From Candidatus Calditenuis fumarioli (GTDB lineage Archaea; Thermoproteota; Nitrososphaeria_A; Caldarchaeales; Calditenuaceae), in contig JANVYR010000001.1 in assembly GCA_030059665.1 (NCBI GenBank), positions 576,001 through 640,000 on the forward strand: DNA of 64,000 bases, given 5' to 3'. The notes beneath the pieces were generated by a model. The model was not told the origin of the DNA, searched no databases, and worked only from the letters and a program-made list of their open reading frames with translations. A program made the translations under genes and the position numbers. Below are positions 1-9,191 of the stretch, piece after piece (position 1 is the stretch's first letter; every line of letters starts with the position of its first letter).

Positions 1-2
1 AC

Positions 3-572
3 GCCAGCAGGAAGGCTCTGCCGCTGAGGGTCGGTGTGGACGCCACCTGGGCGGAGATCGTGGTCGAGGCGCAGAAGGTCTACAACGCAGCCTACTGGAT
101 ACCGGCCTACACGATCATACTGGGGATGGCCGGCGAGACGGACGACGACATTTGGGACACGATTGGGCTGATCAACTACATGGCCTCCCTGAACCTGTTC
201 TTCACGGTGACGCCGATGGCCCTGGTGAGCCTGGGGTCGCTGAAGGGGACGAGAACGCTCACCGACGTCTACGCGAGCATGACTCCTGCCCAGGCCGCTC
301 TGATCTACGTCTGCTGGAAGAACACCAAGAGGATGGCCGAGGCCCTCGCCTGGAGGATAAGCAGGGACAACCCGTTCTACCGGATCCTCACGACCTTCAT
401 CCTCAACATCGGCGCTAGGATCTGGGTCGATGCGCTCAAGCGCTACTTCGTCCACGTCAACCCAGAGAACGAGAGGGCCATCGAGAGGGCGGAGCGGTAC
501 GCGAGCATCAAAACGATGGGCACCGACTTCAGGAAGTACAGGGAGCAGTACAAGGCGATGCTCCACGCATGA
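3..572 (+). CDS. Radical SAM protein, C-terminal part (truncated by window start)
   Basis: Frame is open from base 3. The YTIILGMAGETDDDIWDTI motif is typical of the C-terminal half of radical SAM TIM barrels. Confidence 0.6.
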   Translation, partial: ASRKALPLRVGVDATWAEIVVEAQKVYNAAYWIPAYTIILGMAGETDDDIWDTIGLINYMASLNLFFTVTPMALVSLGSLKGTRTLTDVYASMTPAQAALIYVCWKNTKRMAEALAWRISRDNPFYRILTTFILNIGARIWVDALKRYFVHVNPENERAIERAERYASIKTMGTDFRKYREQYKAMLHA

Positions 573-1288
573 CCATCCCCGCAGGAAAGACCAGGTTCCT
601 CACCGGAATCTCAGAGCTGGACCGCATTACCGGTGGCCTTCCCGGATCGAGGCTCCTGCTGGTCTCGGGTGAGGAGAAGTCGGGGAGGACGAGCCTCGTT
701 CTGCAGATGTGCGCCATAGCTTCCTCCCAAGGAAGGGACTGCATGATCGTCGACTCGGGGATGGGCCTTCACATCGAGAGGATGCGATCGGTCTTCGAGG
801 CTTGGGGTGCTGACCAGACGAGGATCTGGATCTCGTCTCCCAAAACCCTCCGGGACCAGACGAGGCTCGTTCTCAAGGCTGCCGAGCTCTGCGGCGATGG
901 GGGGCTCATCGCGGTGGACGAGGCGACGCACCTCTACCGGGTCGAGCTCACTGGCATACCGGCCCTGGACAAGCCGAGGTACATGGAGCTGACCTTCGAG
1001 ATGGCGGTCCTGAAGGAGGCGGCGCTGCGGAGGGACGGGTTGGCTGTCGTCGTGACCGAGGCGCATGAGGTCCCTGTAGGAGGAACGTTCGTTACGAGGC
1101 CGGTCGCGGAGCGGATCACCACCTACTTCGCCGACATGAGGTTCTGGTTGGAGAACAGGGAGGGCGAGTTGAAGTCGTTGAGCTACGAGGTGGACGGCCT
1201 TCGGGGGACGACACTGGTCAGGCTCACGGGGTCCGGTCTGACCTCGGAGGGGATCAGGCCCCGATCTTCTGCGCGAGGATCGAGATGA
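569..1288 (+). CDS. radB: RadB-like RecA-family ATPase paralogue
   Basis: TGISELDRITGGLP N-terminus, degenerate Walker A SGEEKSGRT, IVDSGMG, Walker B LIAVDE. Confidence 0.7.
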   Translation: MTIPAGKTRFLTGISELDRITGGLPGSRLLLVSGEEKSGRTSLVLQMCAIASSQGRDCMIVDSGMGLHIERMRSVFEAWGADQTRIWISSPKTLRDQTRLVLKAAELCGDGGLIAVDEATHLYRVELTGIPALDKPRYMELTFEMAVLKEAALRRDGLAVVVTEAHEVPVGGTFVTRPVAERITTYFADMRFWLENREGELKSLSYEVDGLRGTTLVRLTGSGLTSEGIRPRSSARGSR

Positions 1289-1640
1289 TCATCAGGATCC
1301 CCAGGGCGAAGAGCCCGATACCAGCCCATACCGCGGCCCCCCTCCTGACCGAGAACCTGCCTATGGCGGTCAGGTGGATCACGTAAAGCCCCAGGAAGGA
1401 GAGGGAGTAGGCTAGGGCCACCAGCACGAACTCCACTATCGTCTGCCCGGTGACCGAGGGGAAGATCGGCCTGGTTCCGTAGAGGGCTGGAGGCGCAGCG
1501 ATGAGGACGTACAGGAACCCGCTGATTATGAGGACAGAGAAGACGAGGAACGCGGCCGTCACGATAGACTCGAGCCTCGCGGATCTCCCGCGGTAGGTGA
1601 GCAACCTGATCAGCGCCCTCTTCATCCGTTCGAGGTCCAT
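1254..1640 (-). CDS. Small membrane protein resembling the OSTC(DC2)/OST3-OST6 oligosaccharyltransferase accessory subunit TM domain
   Basis: Start taken at MDLERM (ATG 1640). Three TM segments and the IISGFLYVLIAAPP..G..F....GQTIVE pattern resemble DC2/OST3-6. Confidence 0.5.
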   Translation of the reverse strand: MDLERMKRALIRLLTYRGRSARLESIVTAAFLVFSVLIISGFLYVLIAAPPALYGTRPIFPSVTGQTIVEFVLVALAYSLSFLGLYVIHLTAIGRFSVRRGAAVWAGIGLFALGILMIISILAQKIGA

Positions 1641-1797
1641 TTGCCCACCCTTCACGCCATGCCCCGACGTACCCGGATTTAACCTGTGAACCCCGAGTAA
1701 GACATGAACGGCGCTCGGTGCCCCGGCGTTGTTTAACACGTTAGACGCTTGCTTTTACCCGCTGAAGTGGAACCTTTTCCCGAGGGGTGGGGAAAGC

Positions 1798-3849
1798 TTG
1801 GGCGTCATCAAGCCCAACACAGGCAGGAGGAAGTTCCTCGCGTACCTCGGCGCTGGGGTCGTGGTAGGCGCTGCGGCCGGATTCACGGCCGGAAGGCTGA
1901 TGACACCGACCGCACCACCGCTCGCGAAGGAGCTCACCGACATCATCGAGCAGAGGAAGCTGGAGCTGAGCCACGCAAAGGCAGCTCTGAAGACCTACGT
2001 CCCAGGCGGTTGGAAGGACGAGTTCCTGATGATCTCCTCCGGAGGACATTCGGGCCAGGTCCTGGTGATAGGCGTGCCGTCGATGAGGCTCATGAAGGTC
2101 ATCGCGGTCTTCACGCCGGAGCCCTGGCAGGGTTACGGGTACGGAGACGTCAAGACGATGAGGCTCCTCTACAAGGGATCCAACGGCGTCAAGCTCCTGA
2201 CCCTGGGCGATACGCACCACCCGGAGATAAGCAGGACCAACGCCGAGTACGACGGCGAGTGGGCCTTCATCGGCGACAAGCTCAACGCCAGGATAGCCTC
2301 GATCAGCCTCAAGGACTTCGAGACGAAGGACATCGTGAAGCTCCCCAACACTCAGACCCAGCACGGAGGTGCATGCGCGACGCCGAACACCGAGTACGTG
2401 GCGTGTGGCAGTCAGTTCCCAGCGCCGTGGGAGCCGGGCAAGGGGTACAAGCCTGGCAAGACGTACATCAAGCTCACCGAAAAGAACTTCGAGGAGTTCT
2501 TCAGGGGCACAGCGACCTTCCTGGCCTTCGACAGGAAGACCGGTAGGTTCGACCTCAGCAGGAGCTTCCAGATCGAGCTGCCTCCCTACATGCAGGACCT
2601 CGAGGTCGTCGGGTGGGGGCCGAGCGACGGCTGGGCCTTCATGAACTCCATCAACACGGAGCTCCACATAGGTGGCGTTCTGGAGGGGAAGCCGTCGCTG
2701 GAGGTCGGCGCCTCGAAGAACGACTTCGACTACCTCCACATCATCAACTGGAGGAGGGCCGAGGAGCTGGTCAGGCAGGGGAAGTACGTCGAGATGAACG
2801 GGATCAAGGTTGTGCCGCTCGACGTGGCTGCCAAGGAGGGCGTCCTATTCTTCGCTCCTGAGCCCAAGAGCCCGCACGGCTGCGACATCTCCCCCAGCGG
2901 CAGGTACGTCGTGGTGGGAGGGAAGCTGGCGCCCGTTGTGACGATCTACGACGTCGAGAAGATCAAGGACGCCATCAGGAACCAGAGGTTCGCTGGGACC
3001 GACAGGTACGGCGTCCCCGTTCTCAGGTTCGAGGACGTCAAGGCCGCTCAGATCGAGGTGAACCTCGGCCCCCTGCACAACGAGTTCGACAACAAGGGGC
3101 GCGGGTACGTGAGTTGCTTCATCGGGAACACCGTTGACCAGTACACGCTCGGGCCTCCGGACTACACCGGCGACAAGCCCTTCACCAAGATCGGAGAGAT
3201 ACCCATCCACTACAACGTCGGACACATCTGCACACCCGAGAGCAACTCTCCAGCGCCGAAGGGGAAGTACCTCGTCGCCCTGAACAAATGGTCGGTCGAC
3301 AGGTTCATCGATGTGGGGCCGCTGCTGCCGCAGAACCTCCAGCTGATCGACATCTCCGGAGACAAGATGGAGCTGCTGTACGACATGCCGATAGGGATCG
3401 GCGAGCCCCACTACGCCAAGATGATGCTGGCCACGAAGCTGAAGCCGTGGGAGGTCTACTCGCCGGTGGGTTTCGATCCGGAGACCTTCGAGGTCAGCCC
3501 GTACGCCACCAAAAAGGGCCAGGAGAGGATTGAGAGGAAGCAGGAGAACGGGAAGTGGGTGACCGAGGTCTACGCGACGCTGATCAGGAGCACTATAACG
3601 CCCGACATAATCAGGGTCAAGCAGGGCGACCTGGTGAGGATACACCTGACCAACGTCGAGACCACCAAGGACGCCACCCACGCCTTCGCGGTGAGCGAGT
3701 ACAACGTGATCGCCAGCGTCGAGCCCGGCGAGACGGCCACTGTCGAGTTCGTCGCGGACGTCCCCGGCGTCTTCTGCTTCTACTGCGTAGAGTTCTGCTC
3801 GCCGCTTCACCTGGAGATGGCAGGCTGGCTCGAGGTCGAGCCCGCTTAA
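1798..3849 (+). CDS. nosZ: Nitrous oxide reductase, clade II type, Tat signal
   Basis: TTG start after a G-rich SD and RRKFL twin-arginine signal. SSGGHSGQV..IGVPSMR..FTPEPWQGYG motif; CuZ His motifs DTHH, QH, PHG, GPLH, VGH, EPH; CuA HAF..C.EFCS.LH.EM. Confidence 0.97.
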   Translation: MGVIKPNTGRRKFLAYLGAGVVVGAAAGFTAGRLMTPTAPPLAKELTDIIEQRKLELSHAKAALKTYVPGGWKDEFLMISSGGHSGQVLVIGVPSMRLMKVIAVFTPEPWQGYGYGDVKTMRLLYKGSNGVKLLTLGDTHHPEISRTNAEYDGEWAFIGDKLNARIASISLKDFETKDIVKLPNTQTQHGGACATPNTEYVACGSQFPAPWEPGKGYKPGKTYIKLTEKNFEEFFRGTATFLAFDRKTGRFDLSRSFQIELPPYMQDLEVVGWGPSDGWAFMNSINTELHIGGVLEGKPSLEVGASKNDFDYLHIINWRRAEELVRQGKYVEMNGIKVVPLDVAAKEGVLFFAPEPKSPHGCDISPSGRYVVVGGKLAPVVTIYDVEKIKDAIRNQRFAGTDRYGVPVLRFEDVKAAQIEVNLGPLHNEFDNKGRGYVSCFIGNTVDQYTLGPPDYTGDKPFTKIGEIPIHYNVGHICTPESNSPAPKGKYLVALNKWSVDRFIDVGPLLPQNLQLIDISGDKMELLYDMPIGIGEPHYAKMMLATKLKPWEVYSPVGFDPETFEVSPYATKKGQERIERKQENGKWVTEVYATLIRSTITPDIIRVKQGDLVRIHLTNVETTKDATHAFAVSEYNVIASVEPGETATVEFVADVPGVFCFYCVEFCSPLHLEMAGWLEVEPA

Positions 3850-3905
3850 CCAGTTCCACATCTGGTTATATTGCGTTCGATCCCCGTTTTTCTGAGGTGA
3901 CCGGT

Positions 3906-4343
3906 TTGGCGAGCAGGACCGTGGTTGTTGCGGTGGTCGTCGTTGTGGTAGTGGTGGCCGTCGTCGGAGCCCTCTTCGCGACGGGCATGCTGGGAGGAGG
4001 TGGGCAGCCGCCGAGGCAGGGGAAGGTGGTGAGGATCGTCAGCAACAAGGACTCTTACATCCCGCCTGAGAACTGGAAGCCGGGAGACCCGCCGATCATC
4101 AGCGACAGGTACTTCAGCCCGAGCAGGGTGACCCTGAACGTAGGCGACACGGTGGAGTACGTCAACGAGGACACCACGCCCCACACCTTCACCACGATGA
4201 AAGGGAAGGCACCAGCGTCCTTCGACTCCGGGCCAGTCGAGCCTGGCAAGAGCTTCAGGTACACCTTCAGGACTGCCGGCGAGTACAACGTCTACTGCAC
4301 GCTCCACCCGCACAAGGGAGCCGTCATCAACGTGCTTCCGTGA
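3906..4343 (+). CDS. Membrane-anchored cupredoxin (plastocyanin/amicyanin-like)
   Basis: GAGGTGA SD then TTG 3906. Val-rich anchor, FSPSRVTLNVGDTVEYVNEDTTPHT, and YCTLHPH. Confidence 0.85.
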   Translation: MASRTVVVAVVVVVVVVAVVGALFATGMLGGGGQPPRQGKVVRIVSNKDSYIPPENWKPGDPPIISDRYFSPSRVTLNVGDTVEYVNEDTTPHTFTTMKGKAPASFDSGPVEPGKSFRYTFRTAGEYNVYCTLHPHKGAVINVLP

Positions 4344-4345
4344 AG

Positions 4346-4822
4346 ATGAGGCGTCGCGATTTCCTAATAGCGGTGGGGGCGGTGGCGGTCATGGGCGTCG
4401 CAGCCGCGGTGGCTCTTCAGCCGAGGAGCAGTGAGGTCCCGCGTCTCCAGATCAGGTTGGGAGAGGACAAGTGCTCAAGGTGCGGGATGATAATCAGCAG
4501 GCTCGAGTTCGCTGCGGGGCTGCTCATCCAAGGCGAGCGGCGATGGCGCGTCTACGACGACATAGGGTGCTTCGCCTACGACTACAACGAGCTGACATCT
4601 TCCGGAAAGGTCGTGGCCGATGCCAAGGTCTTCGATTACCACTCGAAAGAGGAGCTCGACGCGAAGACCGCTTACTACGTCATGGCCGACCCCAGGAACC
4701 TCTGGACGCCCATGAGCTACGGTGTGGTGGTGGTCAAATCGAGACGCGAGGCCGAGGAGCTGGCCGGGAGGGTTGGTGGTGAGGTGAGGGACTTTTGGTC
4801 GTTGCTGAGCAGGTTCAAGTGA
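4346..4822 (+). CDS. nosL: NosL copper chaperone
   Basis: RRRDFL signal, CSRCGMII, YDDIGC, TPMSYG; position in the nos operon. Confidence 0.9.
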   Translation: MRRRDFLIAVGAVAVMGVAAAVALQPRSSEVPRLQIRLGEDKCSRCGMIISRLEFAAGLLIQGERRWRVYDDIGCFAYDYNELTSSGKVVADAKVFDYHSKEELDAKTAYYVMADPRNLWTPMSYGVVVVKSRREAEELAGRVGGEVRDFWSLLSRFK

Positions 4823-5397
4823 GGAGGCTGCGGTTGGGCAGCGTTCTCAACGCATCCGCCGCAGTCCTGCCGCTCGTCCTCGCGGTGGCGTCCGTCTTCC
4901 TCCCCCTATGGTACTTCCAGTTCAACGCACCGTTCCTTGGACAGAGGTGGCCTGAAGTCACGATCTACCCGCTCGAGGGCATTAAGGGAGCAGTTCAGGA
5001 CGTCAACGTCATAAACCATTACGTAGGGCTCAGCATGATCGGCAATGAGTACGTCCCCGAGGTCTCATACCTGCCACACTTCTACGCCGCGGTGATTGCG
5101 GTGACAGCGGTCTACAGCTTCTCCGCCCTGACGAGACGGAGGAGGGCGGCCCAGGCCTCGCTCGTCGTGATGGCAGCACTGATCGTAGTCCTCTTCGTCT
5201 TCGTATACTTCTGGCTCTACAGGTTCACGCACACGATCCATCCCGATGCGCCGATCAAGATAGAACCGTTCGACCCGCCCTTCTTGGGCGAGCACAAGAT
5301 AGCGAACATAGTCGTCCGCAGCTACTTCGGTCCCTCAATAGGTCTCCACATCGCAGCTGTCGCTATCGGATTTGCGTCCATGAAGAGGATGCGTTGA
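4819..5397 (+). CDS. nosB: NosB-like membrane protein of clade II nos clusters
   Basis: GTG overlaps the nosL stop. LPLW...AP...I...G.V..VN..NHYVG...PE...LP motif and four TM segments. Confidence 0.75.
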   Translation: MRRLRLGSVLNASAAVLPLVLAVASVFLPLWYFQFNAPFLGQRWPEVTIYPLEGIKGAVQDVNVINHYVGLSMIGNEYVPEVSYLPHFYAAVIAVTAVYSFSALTRRRRAAQASLVVMAALIVVLFVFVYFWLYRFTHTIHPDAPIKIEPFDPPFLGEHKIANIVVRSYFGPSIGLHIAAVAIGFASMKRMR

Positions 5398-5401
5398 TGC
5401 G

Positions 5402-6733
5402 ATGCCGAGAAACGGATTCGTTCTCTTCCTTGCCGTCTTAACTTCACTTCCGCTAATCCAGCCAGCTCTCGGCGCAACGCACCCAGAAACCCCTCAGTTC
5501 TCCGATCTCCAGGCGTTAATCGACTCGGCTGAGCCTTACTCGACGATTTGGGTCGCACCGGGGACCTACGCTGGACCGATAAGGGTTTGGAAGCCACTCT
5601 CGCTCAAGGCGATGGGTGAGGTCGTGATAGACGGCCGAGGTCTCGGAGACGTGGTGGTGATAGCGTCGGACGACGTCCGCTTCGAGGGCTTCAAGGTCGT
5701 CAACTCCTTCCCTGACGTGGCCTTCGAGCCCGCTGGAATCAAGGTAGTCAACAGCAGGAACGTGACGATAGCGGGGGTTAGGACAGAGCGGGTGATACAC
5801 TCGGTGTACGTCGTCAACTCCTCACGGGTTACGGTAATGGGAAGCTCGCTATCCAGCTTCCCGGAGAGGTCGGTCAACGACAGGGGTCACGGCGTCTACC
5901 TCTGGTACTCGAGGGACGTAGAGGTAGTTGGGAACGCGATCGAATTCGTGAAGGACGGCGTCTACTCGGACCACTCCTATGGGGTCCTTGTGAGAGGCAA
6001 CGCCATCTCGCGATCGCGGTACGGGGTCCACCTGATGTACTCGGGGAAGCACGTCATCGAGCGGAACGAGGTGAGGCGGAACCTCGTGGGGATGGCGCTG
6101 ATGTACTCCTGCGGCCTCGAGGTCAGGGATAACTCCGTCACCGAGAACAGGGGGCTCGCTGTGAGCGAGGGGATCTTCGTGAGGGAGTCGTGTGATGTGC
6201 TGATTGAGGTCAACAGGATCGTCGGGAACGGCGTCGGGCTTAACGTCGTCAACTCGCCCTATCCGAGGGAGGGGAGCGTCGTGGTCAGAGGGAACGTGAT
6301 CGCCTTCAACAACGTCGGGGTGAGGTTCGAGGTGTGGGCATCGGCGACCTTCGAGCGGAACGACCTCGTGGAGAACGCCCATCAGGTCTCGATCTTAGCC
6401 GTCTCGACGAGCGCCCTCTGGCGGGGGAACTTCTGGAGCGACAGGGGCCTGCAGATAGGTGAGAGGCATCTTGTGGTCTCCTCGATCGAGGACCTCCTCG
6501 ACCGGTGGCCCGAGCTCTGGGCCTTCGCCTACGGTCCCGGTTACGTGGCGCTGAAGATGGCGCGGGCTCTCACGGAGCTGAGGCCGTCAGTGAAGGCCAT
6601 CGATGAGTCGCCTTCGAGGGCTCCGAACGTGCTCAATGCCGTCCCAACTCCAAGGTCGACGCTTTGGCTCCTAGCGTCCATCGCGCTAACCTTTTCACCC
6701 CTCGCGGCCATCGTTGCCGTCAGGCGGAGATGA
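5402..6733 (+). CDS. nosD: NosD maturation protein (parallel beta-helix)
   Basis: RGHGVYLWYS, VKDGVY, SRYGVHLMYS, GNFWSD. Confidence 0.93.
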   Translation: MPRNGFVLFLAVLTSLPLIQPALGATHPETPQFSDLQALIDSAEPYSTIWVAPGTYAGPIRVWKPLSLKAMGEVVIDGRGLGDVVVIASDDVRFEGFKVVNSFPDVAFEPAGIKVVNSRNVTIAGVRTERVIHSVYVVNSSRVTVMGSSLSSFPERSVNDRGHGVYLWYSRDVEVVGNAIEFVKDGVYSDHSYGVLVRGNAISRSRYGVHLMYSGKHVIERNEVRRNLVGMALMYSCGLEVRDNSVTENRGLAVSEGIFVRESCDVLIEVNRIVGNGVGLNVVNSPYPREGSVVVRGNVIAFNNVGVRFEVWASATFERNDLVENAHQVSILAVSTSALWRGNFWSDRGLQIGERHLVVSSIEDLLDRWPELWAFAYGPGYVALKMARALTELRPSVKAIDESPSRAPNVLNAVPTPRSTLWLLASIALTFSPLAAIVAVRRR

Positions 6734-7554
6734 GCGCCGTCGAGATCAGGGGTCTGAGCAAGAGGTTCGGTGAAAGACTGGCCCTCGACTCGATAAGCTT
6801 GGAGGTTCAGCGAGGCGAGTCGGTCCTGCTGATGGGCCCGAACGGTGCCGGTAAGACCACGCTCCTGAGGTGCGTCGTGGGGATGCTGAGCTTCGAGGGC
6901 GAGGTCCGAGTGATGGGGCTCGACGTGAAGAGGGAGGGGAAGGAGGTCAGGAGGATCATCGGGTATGTGCCCCAGCAGGTCAGGTTCCCGGAAGACGTGA
7001 CGGTTTACGAGCTGGTGGACTTCGTCTCCGACGTGAAGGGCGTCGACGTCGATCTGGAGGAGGTGCTGGGACCATTCGGGCTGATCGATGCTGCCCACAA
7101 CAAGGTCGGCTCCCTCTCCGGAGGGATGAGGCAGAGGCTCGCGATAGCGCTGTCCTTGATCGGCGACCCCCAGCTGGTCCTGATGGACGAGCCCTTCAGC
7201 AACCTCGACGCCATGTCGAGGAACAGCGTCCAGGAGATGATGAGAGGGCTGATGCGGAGGGGGAAGACCCTTTTGGTCAGCGTCCACACCGTAAGCGGCC
7301 TCATCCACGCCTTCGACAAGGTGGCGGTGCTCAGGGACGGAAGGTTGGTTGGCCTCTTCAGGTCGGAGGACGTCCTCAGGGCCCTGAGGCCAGTCTACAG
7401 GGTCCACATCAGGGACGGCAGCGGCTGGACCACCTACAGGACGGAGGACCTGTTCGGAACCCTCTCCAGCCTCCAGAGCAGCGGTCACGACCTCCGGGAG
7501 GTCTGGGTCGAGGAGCCTGACGTGGAGGAGCTGCTGAGGGCGATGGGCGGTTGA
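6730..7554 (+). CDS. nosF: NosF ABC ATPase
   Basis: GPNGAGKTT, LSGGMRQR, LMDEP; ATG overlaps the nosD stop. Confidence 0.9.
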   Translation: MSAVEIRGLSKRFGERLALDSISLEVQRGESVLLMGPNGAGKTTLLRCVVGMLSFEGEVRVMGLDVKREGKEVRRIIGYVPQQVRFPEDVTVYELVDFVSDVKGVDVDLEEVLGPFGLIDAAHNKVGSLSGGMRQRLAIALSLIGDPQLVLMDEPFSNLDAMSRNSVQEMMRGLMRRGKTLLVSVHTVSGLIHAFDKVAVLRDGRLVGLFRSEDVLRALRPVYRVHIRDGSGWTTYRTEDLFGTLSSLQSSGHDLREVWVEEPDVEELLRAMGG

Positions 7555-8375
7555 GGTCGGCCGTGTTCCTGCTCCTGAAGCGCGACATCGCAGGCTCTTT
7601 GAGGAGCAGGTGGCTCCTCGGGTTCGTCTTCTCCTTCGCAGCAATGGGCGCGTCTTTCGCCTACCTCGGTGCCCTCGGGCTAAGTCAGGTGGGATTCAGG
7701 GCCTACAGCGCGGCGGTCGCGGGCATCATCAACCTGAACCTGTACGTCGTGCCGCTCGCAGCGGTGGTCTCGTCCTCGCTCTCGCTCGTCTCAGAAAGGG
7801 AGAGGGGGACGATGGAGTTCCTCCTTTCCCTTCCGATCGCGAAGTGGGAGCTGGTGCTGAGCAGGCTCTGCGCCGGTGTGCTCTCGCTGACCGCGGCCAT
7901 CGCGATGGGTTACGGCCTGGCGTCCTGGGCCCTCTGGCTCTTCCTCTCGGAGACCGACCTCTGGGTCTACCTCAGCATGCTCTGGGCCTCCGTGCTCCTC
8001 GCCTTCTCCTTCGCCGGGATCGGGACGTTGATCTCCTCCCTCACGAGGAGCAGGTTCGCCGCGCTCGCCCTCGCCCTCGGAGCGTGGATAGGGCTCGTGA
8101 TGGTCTACGAGGTGGTGCTGATGGCGGCCGTCATCCTCTTGGGCCTTGACGCGTCGACGGTGATCGCGCTGATGGTGTTGAACCCCGTGCAGGCCTCGAG
8201 GCTGATGATGGTCCAATCCGTCGACCCTACGATGTCCTTCCTGGGCGAGTTCGGCGTTCTGCTAATCAGGGAGCTCGGCGGTTACCTGCAGCCCGTGTTG
8301 GTCGCGTCTCAGCTCGCGGTCGGGCTTGTATGCACCCTGTTGGCGCTCATCTCATTCGAGAGGGCCGAGCTCTGA
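7551..8375 (+). CDS. nosY: NosY ABC permease
   Basis: Multi-TM protein with the ERERGTMEFLLSLP motif; last gene of the nos operon. Confidence 0.88.
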   Translation: MRSAVFLLLKRDIAGSLRSRWLLGFVFSFAAMGASFAYLGALGLSQVGFRAYSAAVAGIINLNLYVVPLAAVVSSSLSLVSERERGTMEFLLSLPIAKWELVLSRLCAGVLSLTAAIAMGYGLASWALWLFLSETDLWVYLSMLWASVLLAFSFAGIGTLISSLTRSRFAALALALGAWIGLVMVYEVVLMAAVILLGLDASTVIALMVLNPVQASRLMMVQSVDPTMSFLGEFGVLLIRELGGYLQPVLVASQLAVGLVCTLLALISFERAEL

Positions 8376-8444
8376 GTTCGGTGTTCAGACGCTTAGTGCG
8401 ATTGAGTGAGTGCTGTTCCCACCCGAGTCAAGCGCCTACGGCGT

Positions 8445-8476
8445 ATGCAGTTGTATACATTTGGATACATCTGCAT
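8445..8476. promoter_or_regulatory. 12-bp inverted repeat, candidate operator
   Basis: ATGCAGTTGTAT-N8-ATACATCTGCAT (11/12 match) upstream of the HTH regulator. Confidence 0.35.
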
Positions 8477-8534
8477 AACTCTGGTTCCAAAATTAGGGGT
8501 TAAATCGACGAAGCCACTCATATCATGATGGACC

Positions 8535-9191
8535 ATGGCACTCAAGAAGGTCACGGTGGCAATTGACGTCCCACCCACTGCTTGGGTCAGGGACCTCATC
8601 GGGACGGGCATCGAATCGGTGAGCATTCTCGATTGTTTGCGGAACGCAGACGGAACCATCACCCACCTCTTCATGATCAGGACTTCGGACCACGCGAAAT
8701 CCGTTCGGGTGATCGAGGCCCTGAAGAGGTCCGACCTAGTCGAGGGGTTCTCGCTCGTCAAGGCCGAAAGGCCCAACGGCGTCGTCTGCGGGCTCGTCAG
8801 GTCACGCAGGTGCGACGTCTGCGGCGTGATCGCGACGAGATGCCTGATGAGGCGGGGAGTTTACAGGGTCCGGGAGGGTAAGCTGACCTGGACGTTCGTG
8901 GCGGACGAGGAGGAGATCCCCAGGGTCCTGGAGGCGCTGAGGGAGAAGGGGATAGAGGCGGAGCTGGTCGAGAGCGTCGGCGTCGAGCCATCGGGACTTG
9001 TTTCGATGCCGCAGCTGAACCTGATCATGAGGGCGATGGAGATGGGGTACTTCGACGTGCCGAGGAGGGCATCGATCCACGAGATCGCAAGGGAGCTGGG
9101 CTTGTCGCCCGCATCCCTCTCGGTCTCGATACGCAGGGGCGTGAAGAGGGTCCTGAAGGACTACATCGCGATACAGGGCTACCTTGCCTGA
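8535..9191 (+). CDS. Bat/HTH_10-type transcriptional regulator
   Basis: C-terminal QL..AMEMGYFDVPRRASIHEIARELGLS motif. Confidence 0.85.
   Translation: MALKKVTVAIDVPPTAWVRDLIGTGIESVSILDCLRNADGTITHLFMIRTSDHAKSVRVIEALKRSDLVEGFSLVKAERPNGVVCGLVRSRRCDVCGVIATRCLMRRGVYRVREGKLTWTFVADEEEIPRVLEALREKGIEAELVESVGVEPSGLVSMPQLNLIMRAMEMGYFDVPRRASIHEIARELGLSPASLSVSIRRGVKRVLKDYIAIQGYLA

Noticed and set aside
3915-3970. GTG/GTC-rich microsatellite-like run
   Set aside because: It encodes the poly-Val membrane anchor of the cupredoxin.
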